Assembly (NCBI GenBank): GCA_963798845.1 | Contig: CAWCUS010000006.1 | Coordinates: 160,001 to 224,000, forward strand | Direction: 5' to 3' | Source: an uncultured Gemmatimonadales bacterium | GTDB lineage: Bacteria; Gemmatimonadota; Gemmatimonadetes; Longimicrobiales; RSA9 | DNA length: 64,000 bases | Shown: one piece after another, positions 6,905 through 14,938 of the stretch | Layout of the letters: the number at the start of each line of letters is the position of its first letter | Position numbering within the stretch: the stretch's first letter is position 1 | Notes under the pieces: generated by a model | Told to the model about the DNA's origin: nothing | Database searches by the model: none | The model's input: the letters and a program-made list of their open reading frames with translations, nothing else | Program-made: the position numbers and the translations under genes

Positions 6905-9904
6905 CTAGAAGTTCGCGTCGACGCGGAGCGTGAACACGCGGTTCGGCGGCAGCGGCGAGAGGTCGCGTGACGAGAAGTTCGCCTGCTGCCCGTAGCTCTG
7001 AACCTCGGGATTGAGTCCCGGGTAGCGGGTCCACGTCACCAGGTTCCGCCCGGCCAGCGTCAGGCGCAGGTCGCTCGCCTTGAACGACCGCGTCCAGCCG
7101 TGCGGCAGCATGAACGTCAATGACAGCTCGCGGAGCTTCAGGAAGTCCGCGTCCTCGATGTAGCCGGCCCACGTGCCGTAGCCGGCGTAGCCGACGATCT
7201 TCGCCTGGTCCGCGAGCGAGCCCGTGTAGGCTTCCTGACAGTTGGCGTAGCTCCGGCACCGGACGTCCTCCGTCTGGTTGAACAGCTTGTAGCCGCCCTT
7301 GTAGTCGAACAGCGCCGACAGGCGGAGCGCCTTCCAGAACGTGAAGTCCGTGCTCAGCGACGCTTCCTTCGTCGGGAACGAGCTGCCCAGGTACACGGCG
7401 GTGTCGCCCACCACCATCTCGTTCGGCGCCAGGATCCCGTCGCCGTTCTCGTCGCTGTAGGACAGGATCGGCTTCTGCCAGTACCCGCCCAGCGGGTAGC
7501 CTTCCACGTGACGCTGGCGTCCGGCCGCCATCTCGATCGGCGGGATCGGGTTGCCCTCGGCGTCCGTGCCCAGGCTGAGCAGCTCGTTCGACAGCCAGCT
7601 GCCCGTCAGGTTGAAGTTCCAGTCGAAGTTGTCCGTGCGGACCGCTTCCCCGTTCAATCCCAGCTCGAGCCCGCTGTTCTTCACCGAGCCCAGGTTCTCC
7701 CATCGGCTCGTGCTGCCACCGGGCGACGGCGGAAGCGGCTTGTTCACCAGCGCGTCCGTGGACTTCTTGTAGTACCACGTGGTCTCGAGCCCGAGGCGTC
7801 CACCGAACCAGCCGCTCTCGAAGCCGAGCTCCCACTCCGAGGTCCGCTCCGGCTTCAGCTCCGGGTTCCCGAGCTCGTTGATCGTGATCGCCGGCACGTC
7901 CGACTGGTTGAACGCCGTGATCTGCGAGCCGAACGACAGCAGCGCGTCCGTTGCGCCGGGCCGGAGACCGGCCTGTCCGTACGCGGCGCGCAGCCGCAGG
8001 TCGCTCAGGGCATCCAGCTTCGGGAAGAAGCCTTCTTCACTGATCACCCACGAGCTGCTCACCGACGGGTACCAGATCCAGCCAATGTCGGTCCCGAATG
8101 CCGTGTTCTTGTCGCCCCGCAGCGCACCGTTCAGGAACACGCGGTCGCGCCACGCCAGCTGCTCCTGCGCGTAGGCGGATACCGTTCCGTTCAGCAGGTG
8201 CCCTTCGCTCGTCTCGAAGTCGCTCGTGGCGCCCGCCAGCGAGGTCTCGATCCCGGGCGTGAGGCCGGCGCCGAAAGCGTAGACGTCCCGAGAATCCTCG
8301 CGGATGTACTGCGTCCCGCCGGTGGTCGTGGACACCAGCGTCGGCGTGGCGTTCCACACCGCCGAGCCGCTCAGGTTGGTGTTGATGTTGTAGATGTCCC
8401 AGTCGTCGACCTGGATCCACCCGTGCGAGTACACGCCGCCGTACACCTGATACGCGCTCACCCGCGGGATCCGGCCGCGGTCCTCGCGCGTGATCCGGTC
8501 CAGGCCGGCCGAGCCGTTGAAGCTCAGCCACGACAGCGGCGTCCAGTCGGCGCTCGCGCTGCCGATGAAGCGGCTCTGCTTCTGGTACGTCTTCCAGTCG
8601 TAGAAGAAGTCGATCGGGTACAGGTACCCGCCCGTCGCCGCCACACTCGCCGGGTCCGACGAGCCGTAAAGCCCAAGCCCCGTGGCCCCGAACAGCGAGT
8701 TGTCGCTCAGCGGGAACTGGGCGTCGTTCTCCACGTACCCCACCGTCCCGCGGACACGGAAGTCCTCGCCCACGTTCCCCGTCAGGTTCGCCTGCAGGTT
8801 CCACTTGTGCAGCCAGTTCTCGGAGTTGTAGACCGACTCCTCCCGCGTGCGCTCGCCCGAGACGAAGAACGTCGCGTCCTCGCTCCCGCCCGAGATGCTC
8901 GCGCCGTACACCTGCCGGCTCCCACCGTCGAACACCGTCGTCGAATCGTTCTCCAGCGGGTTGGCCGAGTACATGTTCGCCACGCCGCTGCACAGCGGAT
9001 TGCCGCTCGCGTCGTACGTGACCTGGTTGATCAGCGGACAGAGACGGCCCTGCGTATCAAAGCCCTGCACGTTGTTCGGGAAATCCGCTCCCAGCCGCAG
9101 CGCGGACTGCTCCGTCCAGGCATGGATCGAGGGGGCGCCAGCGCGACCCTTCTTCGTCGTCACCTGGATCACACCGTTCGCCGCCGCCGTTCCGTACAGC
9201 GCGGATGCAGCCGGACCTTTCAGGATCTCTATGCTCTCGATGTTGTTCGGGTTCAGGTCGTTCAGCGCCGACGGCGCCTGGTCGAGGCCGCCGATCGGCG
9301 CCTCGTTCGGATCGTTGTCCACCCGCACGCCGTCCACCACCAGCAGCGGCGCGTTGCTCAGCGACATCGAGTTCGCGCCGCGGATCCGGATCCGCGACCC
9401 CGACCCCGTCACGCCACTGCTCTGCAGCACCGTCGCGCCCGCCGTCCGGCCCTGGATCAGCTGCTCGAACGACGCCACCGGCGCCAGGTCGACCTTGTCC
9501 ACGTTCACCACGCCGACCGAGCTCCCGATCTCCCGCAGCGTCTGCTGCTGCCCCGTCGCCGAAACCACCACGGCGCCCAGCTCGATCGCCGACTCCCCCA
9601 GCTGGAAGTCCTGCGTGGCCGTGCCGCCGGCCGTCACCGTCACCGTGTTCGTCGCCGTCGAGTACCCGATCAGCGTCGCTCGCACCTCGTACTGACCCGC
9701 CGGCACCTGGCGGACGATGTACTGCCCGTTCTCGTTCGCGAGCGCGCCCAGCGTCGTTCCCGTGACCGAGATCTGCGCACCCGGCAACGGCGCGTTCGAT
9801 GTACGGTCCACGACGCGGCCCACGATCGTCCCCGTCTGTGCCGCGACCGGCGACGCGCCGGCCAGCGCCAGCAACGCCACGATCGCCCACTTGTATCTGG
9901 ACAT
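6905..9904 (-). CDS. SusC/RagA-family TonB-dependent outer-membrane transporter
   Basis: Signal peptide, carboxypeptidase-regulatory-like N-domain, plug motif IESIEILKGPAASALYGTAAANGVIQVTTK, GNPELKPER, terminal Phe; SD GGAGG before ATG 9904. Confidence 0.95.
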   Translation of the reverse strand: MSRYKWAIVALLALAGASPVAAQTGTIVGRVVDRTSNAPLPGAQISVTGTTLGALANENGQYIVRQVPAGQYEVRATLIGYSTATNTVTVTAGGTATQDFQLGESAIELGAVVVSATGQQQTLREIGSSVGVVNVDKVDLAPVASFEQLIQGRTAGATVLQSSGVTGSGSRIRIRGANSMSLSNAPLLVVDGVRVDNDPNEAPIGGLDQAPSALNDLNPNNIESIEILKGPAASALYGTAAANGVIQVTTKKGRAGAPSIHAWTEQSALRLGADFPNNVQGFDTQGRLCPLINQVTYDASGNPLCSGVANMYSANPLENDSTTVFDGGSRQVYGASISGGSEDATFFVSGERTREESVYNSENWLHKWNLQANLTGNVGEDFRVRGTVGYVENDAQFPLSDNSLFGATGLGLYGSSDPASVAATGGYLYPIDFFYDWKTYQKQSRFIGSASADWTPLSWLSFNGSAGLDRITREDRGRIPRVSAYQVYGGVYSHGWIQVDDWDIYNINTNLSGSAVWNATPTLVSTTTGGTQYIREDSRDVYAFGAGLTPGIETSLAGATSDFETSEGHLLNGTVSAYAQEQLAWRDRVFLNGALRGDKNTAFGTDIGWIWYPSVSSSWVISEEGFFPKLDALSDLRLRAAYGQAGLRPGATDALLSFGSQITAFNQSDVPAITINELGNPELKPERTSEWELGFESGWFGGRLGLETTWYYKKSTDALVNKPLPPSPGGSTSRWENLGSVKNSGLELGLNGEAVRTDNFDWNFNLTGSWLSNELLSLGTDAEGNPIPPIEMAAGRQRHVEGYPLGGYWQKPILSYSDENGDGILAPNEMVVGDTAVYLGSSFPTKEASLSTDFTFWKALRLSALFDYKGGYKLFNQTEDVRCRSYANCQEAYTGSLADQAKIVGYAGYGTWAGYIEDADFLKLRELSLTFMLPHGWTRSFKASDLRLTLAGRNLVTWTRYPGLNPEVQSYGQQANFSSRDLSPLPPNRVFTLRVDANF

Positions 9905-10204
9905 GTTCTCTCCTCCGTCTTCGTTCCTCTCGCGTCGGCCGCACTCGCGACCAACGTCAATCTCCTCCGCAACCCCGGACCTTCCGGAGCCGCGTGCTAC
10001 GGGTCGGCTCACCTCCTGACGCACACGGACACAACAACACCGACCGATGCACGGCCGCTGTTCTCTTTCCTGCTCCGGTTTTTTTGGGGGGATTCGTAAC
10101 GCTGGGTCCTCGGCACGCCTCCTTCCTCTGGGTTCCACCCATTCACCGGGTCGGCGCCGCGCGGGCGCCGTCCCCCGGTTCTCCGGGCCACGCCAGGATC
10201 CTCG

Positions 10205-10235
10205 AATCTAGAACGAGGTCCGGCGTGGCTGTCAA
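10205..10235 (-). promoter_or_regulatory. Putative sigma70 promoter for susCD
   Basis: TTGACA (10235-10230), 19 bp, TAGATT (10210-10205); the spacer is long. Confidence 0.4.
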
Positions 10236-10276
10236 GCGAATCGACCCCGGTTCGGGACGATCCGCGCTATCTCAAT

Positions 10277-11881
10277 TCACATGGCCGCCACGGAAAGCAG
10301 CGCGCCTGCCTTCGCCAGCGTCTCGGCATACTCGCGGGCGGGGTCACTGTCGGCCACCACGCCCGCTCCGGCCTGGACGTGGGCCCGGCCGCCGGCCGCG
10401 ACCAGAGTGCGGATGGCGATGGCGGTGTCCATATCGCCTCCGCCGTATCCGAGCCACCCGACCGCCCCGGCGTAGGGTCCACGGCGGGCGGGCTCCAGCT
10501 CGTCGATGATCTCCATGGCGCGCACCTTCGGAGCACCGGAGACGGTCCCTGCCGGGAAGGCGGCGCGCAGCGCGTCGAAAGCGTCGAGGCCTTCGCGCAG
10601 CCGTCCGTCTACCTGACTCACCATGTGGAGCACATGGCTGTATCGCTCGACGCTCATGAGGTCCGAGACCTGCACGGACCCGTAGCGGCAGACGCGGCCG
10701 AGGTCGTTCCGGCCGAGGTCGACGAGCATGAGGTGCTCGGCGCGTTCCTTCGGATCGGCGAGGAGCTCGGCTTCGAGCCGGGCGTCCTCGCCTTCGTTTC
10801 GCCCTCGGTGTCGAGTCCCGGCGATGGGACGGACGGTGGCGCGACCATCGCGCACCCGGACGAGCACCTCTGGCGAAGCACCCGCAAGGACGACGCCATC
10901 GAGCTCGAGATAGAACATGTAGGGGGAGGGATTGAGGTGCCTCAAACGGCGGTAGGCATCGAAGGGAGCGGAAGCGAGCTGAACGTCGAGTCGCTGGCTC
11001 AGGACCACCTGGAAGGCGTCTCCGGCCGCGATGTACTCCTTGATGCGGCGGACGGCGTGCTCGAACTCGGGACGGGTGAAGGTGCTGCGGAGGTCGGCAG
11101 GGAGCCCGGGCGCCGGTGGCGCGTCCTGCCGCTTCGTCGCCCCGAGGGCCGTGGAGCTGCCGCGTGCGGCGGCGGAGTGCACGGCCAGGGACGGCGCGGT
11201 CGTAAGCGGCTCGGGGCCCGTGCCCGCGTGGAGGTCGGCGAGGGTGCGGTCGATGCGGGCGAGGGCATCCTTATAGCCGTGGCGCAGCTCGGAGCGCGAT
11301 CTCGAGCCTGTCACCCGTTGCACGGCAACGACGTGGGCGCAGCCGTACACGTTGTCGATGGCGAGTACGACGTCGGTGAACGCCAGGATGGCGTCGGGGA
11401 GCCCGAGATCGTCGGGCGGCCCCTCTCCCAGGCGCTCGATCTGGCGCACCACGTCGTAACCGAGGTAGCCCACGGCGCCGCCAATGAACGGTGGCAGCCC
11501 GGGGGGGGCGGCCAGACGCTCCCCGCGTAGCCGCCGGGCGAGCCGGTCCAGCGGACCGGCGCCGGCACGAGAGGCATGCGCGGTATGCGCCGTCTCATCG
11601 GCATCCACGGCGTCGTCGGTCCAACCGGCCTGCGGCGTCCAGCGTCGGACGCGGCCGTGCTGGAGCTTCCACGCCTCGCGCGGGCGCGTCCCCAGGAAGG
11701 TCCAGCGCGCCCAGCGCTCGCCACCGGTGACGGACTCGAGGAGGAAGGAAAAGGGCGGCGCCGCGAGTCGGGCGTACGCCGTGATCGCGGTCTCGGTATC
11801 GAACGGGATCTCCCGGGAAACGGCGACCAGGGAGGCGTCCCGGGCGAGCTCGCAGAAGGTGTCGAAATCGGGTCGGATCAT
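10277..11881 (-). CDS. trpE: Anthranilate synthase component I
   Basis: FLLES, GDAFQVVLSQR, NPSPYM, SPE, PIAGT, KERAEHLMLVDLGRND, PAGTVSGAPK, AIAIRT; start ATG 11881. Confidence 0.9.
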   Translation of the reverse strand: MIRPDFDTFCELARDASLVAVSREIPFDTETAITAYARLAAPPFSFLLESVTGGERWARWTFLGTRPREAWKLQHGRVRRWTPQAGWTDDAVDADETAHTAHASRAGAGPLDRLARRLRGERLAAPPGLPPFIGGAVGYLGYDVVRQIERLGEGPPDDLGLPDAILAFTDVVLAIDNVYGCAHVVAVQRVTGSRSRSELRHGYKDALARIDRTLADLHAGTGPEPLTTAPSLAVHSAAARGSSTALGATKRQDAPPAPGLPADLRSTFTRPEFEHAVRRIKEYIAAGDAFQVVLSQRLDVQLASAPFDAYRRLRHLNPSPYMFYLELDGVVLAGASPEVLVRVRDGRATVRPIAGTRHRGRNEGEDARLEAELLADPKERAEHLMLVDLGRNDLGRVCRYGSVQVSDLMSVERYSHVLHMVSQVDGRLREGLDAFDALRAAFPAGTVSGAPKVRAMEIIDELEPARRGPYAGAVGWLGYGGGDMDTAIAIRTLVAAGGRAHVQAGAGVVADSDPAREYAETLAKAGALLSVAAM

Positions 11882-11890
11882 GGCTGAGCG

Positions 11891-11920
11891 AATGTCGGCA
11901 GGCGCGGCCGCGGTTGTCAA
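11891..11920 (-). promoter_or_regulatory. Putative sigma70 promoter of trpE (near-leaderless)
   Basis: TTGACA, 18 bp, GACATT, ending 9 nt before the ATG; no SD. Confidence 0.45.
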
Positions 11921-12172
11921 ACGCGTCCGCCGCGGGAGGGAGATGGCTGTGGAGAGTGGGCCGGCCCCGCCCAGATCCGGAGTGCGGGGCCGCGGTTCGC
12001 GGCACCGGGCGGCGCCCGGCGCGGGGCGAGCGGGCGCATGGTGCGCGGGGGCACCCGGCCGCAGATTGCCGGGGCGGACGGGCCGGTCAGCCGGGGCTAA
12101 GGTCGGGGTGGAACCGGCCGGGGCCGGGGGCGCGGACTCGAGCAGGGTAGACTGGTGGAGCGGGAGAACCGA

Positions 12173-14149
12173 ATGGCGGAACGGGTGGAGACCTCCCTGG
12201 TCGCGGTGGACACGGGCGGCACGTTCACGGACGTGGTGGCGCTGGTGGCGGGGCGACTGGTGGTCGTGAAGGTGCCGTCGACGCCGGCGGATCCCGCGGG
12301 CGCGGTGCTGGATGGGGTGCGTGCGGCGGCGCCGGGCGCTCGCTGGGTGCTGGTGCACGGGTCCACCGTGGCGACGAACACGCTGCTGGAGCGAACGGGT
12401 GCCCGGGTGGCTCTGGTGACGAACCGCGGCTTCGAGGACGTGATCGAGATCGGACGGCAGAACCGGCCGCAGCTGTATGCTCTGGTGGGGCGGCGTCCGG
12501 CGCCACTGGTGGAGCGCCGGGACCGACATGGCGTGGCGGGGCGTCTGGGTCCGGATGGGGAGGAGGAGGAGCCGCTGGACGCGGGTGAGCTGGCGGTGCT
12601 GCGGGAGAAAGTGGCTGGTGCGGAGTCGGTGGCGGTGTGCCTGCTGCACAGCTATGCGGACGCGGGTCACGAAGACCGGGTGGCGGAGGCGCTGGAAGGG
12701 CTGGGTGTCCCGGTGTCGGTGTCGTCGCGGCTGCTGCCGGAGTACCGGGAATACGAGCGGACGGCCACGACGGTGGTGAATGCGTACGTGGCGCCGCGGA
12801 TGGAACGGTACCTGGGGCGCCTGGCGGCGGAGTCAGGGGCGGAGCGGGTGCGGGTGATGGGGTCGGGAGGCGGCGCAATCCCGGTGGAGCGAGCGCGGCG
12901 CGAGCCGGTGCACACCGTTCTCAGCGGCCCCGCGGGGGGAGTGGTGGGTGCGCTGCGCGTGGCTCGCGATGTGGGGGTGAGCGACATCCTCACCTTCGAC
13001 ATGGGCGGAACGTCGACGGACGTCTCGCTGTGCCCGGGGGCGCCGCTCCACACGCGCGAGTTCGTGATCTCGGGCGTGCCCGTGGCGGTCCCGGTGATCG
13101 ACATCCACACGGTGGGCGCGGGCGGCGGCTCGATTGCGGAGGTGGATGCGGGCGGGGCGCTGCGCGTGGGGCCGCGCAGCGCGGGCGCCGATCCCGGCCC
13201 GGTCTGCTACGGCCGCGGCGGTGATCGGCTGACGGTCACGGACGCCAACGTCTGGCTCGGCCGCCTGCCCGAGGACCTGTTCCTGGGCGGCAATGTTGAG
13301 CTGGACCGTGCCGCGGTCGCGGGTCCGCTTCGTGCACTGGCTCGGGAGCTGGGGATTTCGCCGGAGGACGCGGCGGAGGGCGTGCTCGCCGTGGTGAACA
13401 CGGCGATGGAAGGCGCCCTGCGTGTGATCAGCGTCGAGCGCGGATACGACCCGGCCGACTTCGCGCTGGTCCCGTTCGGCGGGGCGGCGGGGCTGCACGC
13501 CGTGGAGCTGGCGGAGCGCCTCGGGATTCCGCGGCTGCTGGTGCCGCCGGACCCGGGTGTCCTGTCGGCGCTGGGGATGCTGATCTCCCCGGTGCGCAAG
13601 GACGCGTCGCGCACGATTCTCCTGCGGGACGTGGAAGCGTCCGCGGAGCGGGTGGCGGAGGCGTTCGAAGCGCTGGAGGAGGCGGCGCTCGCGGGGATGG
13701 AAGCGGAAGGCATCGATGCTGCAGAGGTCACGATCCAGCGTCTGGCCGACGTCCGCTACGCAGGGCAGAGCTTCGAGCTCCGGGTCCCGGCGGAGGGTTG
13801 GGCGGAGAATTTCGAGCGCGCCCACGAGGCGCGATACGGCTTCAGTCGGCCGGGTGCCGCGCTGGAGCTGGTGACGGTGCGGGTGGAAGCGGCCGGGTCG
13901 TGGCGTCCGACGCCGGCGCGCGAACCGGCCCGGCCAGAGGAGGGGGTTCAGCGGCGACGCCTCGCCGTGCGGTTCCGCGGCGAGGATGTGGACGCGGAGG
14001 CGGTGCCCCGAACGGCGCTGGAGCCCGGGGCAACGGTGGAGGGTCCAGCGATCATCCACGAGTACAGCGCCACGTTCTGGCTTCCCAGGGGCTGGCGCGC
14101 CGAGACGCTGGCAGGGGGGAGCCTGTCGGTGAGGAATGCTCCCCGGTGA
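12173..14149 (+). CDS. Hydantoinase A / 5-oxoprolinase ATP-binding subunit
   Basis: DTGGTFTD, HGSTVATN, SGPAGG, DMGGTSTD, GAGGGSIA, SAGADPGP, FGGAAGLH, RYAGQSFEL. Confidence 0.92.
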   Translation: MAERVETSLVAVDTGGTFTDVVALVAGRLVVVKVPSTPADPAGAVLDGVRAAAPGARWVLVHGSTVATNTLLERTGARVALVTNRGFEDVIEIGRQNRPQLYALVGRRPAPLVERRDRHGVAGRLGPDGEEEEPLDAGELAVLREKVAGAESVAVCLLHSYADAGHEDRVAEALEGLGVPVSVSSRLLPEYREYERTATTVVNAYVAPRMERYLGRLAAESGAERVRVMGSGGGAIPVERARREPVHTVLSGPAGGVVGALRVARDVGVSDILTFDMGGTSTDVSLCPGAPLHTREFVISGVPVAVPVIDIHTVGAGGGSIAEVDAGGALRVGPRSAGADPGPVCYGRGGDRLTVTDANVWLGRLPEDLFLGGNVELDRAAVAGPLRALARELGISPEDAAEGVLAVVNTAMEGALRVISVERGYDPADFALVPFGGAAGLHAVELAERLGIPRLLVPPDPGVLSALGMLISPVRKDASRTILLRDVEASAERVAEAFEALEEAALAGMEAEGIDAAEVTIQRLADVRYAGQSFELRVPAEGWAENFERAHEARYGFSRPGAALELVTVRVEAAGSWRPTPAREPARPEEGVQRRRLAVRFRGEDVDAEAVPRTALEPGATVEGPAIIHEYSATFWLPRGWRAETLAGGSLSVRNAPR

Positions 14150-14201
14150 AGTTCGCGGGCCAGGGCCGGCCCCCACGCAACGAAATTGATGGAGGTTGAG
14201 C

Positions 14202-14837
14202 ATGAATACGCTGAAGACCACGTTCGCGGCAGCCGTGTGCACGGCGGTTCTGGCCGCCCCGGCAACCGCGCAGGCGCCCGGATTCGACCTGAAGCTGAAC
14301 CCGCGCATCGGCCTGTACGAGCCATTGACCAAGCTGACGGATGCGCCGGACGCCGTGGCGGAGCTGAAGGGGAGCCTGGCGGTGGGCCTGGGTGTCGAGC
14401 TCCAGTTCGGGGCTTCCCCCTTCGGCCTCCGTGCCAACATGGACTACGCGACGAGCTCCAAGGTGGAGACCAGCTCTGGCGGCGTGACGCTGGGCGACTC
14501 GCCCGACGCCACGCTGCTCGCAGTCGTGGGCGACGTCATGCTGCGCCCGCTCCCCCGGTTCCCCATCGTCAAGCCGTACCTCTTCGCCGGGGGCGGTCTG
14601 AAGCAGTACGACGTCACCGCGAGCAACGTCGGGTACGAGTCGTTCAAGAACGAGAGCGACCCGACCGTCCACCTCGGCGGCGGGCTGGACCTGGGCCTGG
14701 GGCCGCTCGCACTGAACGCCGAGGTCGGGGACTACATCAGCTGGTCCGACTTCCAGGCCACGGCGAGCGGGCCGACCGACAAGAAGACCCAGCACGACCT
14801 GTTCGTGACGGTCGGTCTCACGATCGGGATGCTGTGA
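14202..14837 (+). CDS. Small outer-membrane beta-barrel protein
   Basis: Signal peptide ending ATAQA, amphipathic strands (KPYLFAGGGL, VHLGGGLD); SD GGAGG. Confidence 0.75.
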   Translation: MNTLKTTFAAAVCTAVLAAPATAQAPGFDLKLNPRIGLYEPLTKLTDAPDAVAELKGSLAVGLGVELQFGASPFGLRANMDYATSSKVETSSGGVTLGDSPDATLLAVVGDVMLRPLPRFPIVKPYLFAGGGLKQYDVTASNVGYESFKNESDPTVHLGGGLDLGLGPLALNAEVGDYISWSDFQATASGPTDKKTQHDLFVTVGLTIGML

Positions 14838-14938
14838 CCCCGGCACGGGGCCGTGGCCGCCGCCTGTTGAGCGGTCGCGGCCCTCGCGGTTAGGTTGGGG
14901 CCTCGTCGCAGGACCCGAACCCGTCCCGGCTCAGGCGG

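Noticed and set aside
7508..10099. 863-aa + strand ORF and similar long antisense ORFs (39259..41301, 40728..42791)
   Set aside because: Mirror frames of susC, maeB and Omp85.
12180..12960. Strong local G-rich skew (and C-rich patches such as 24000-24800)
   Set aside because: Explained by synonymous codon choice within normal genes; no boundaries or repeats suggest foreign DNA.
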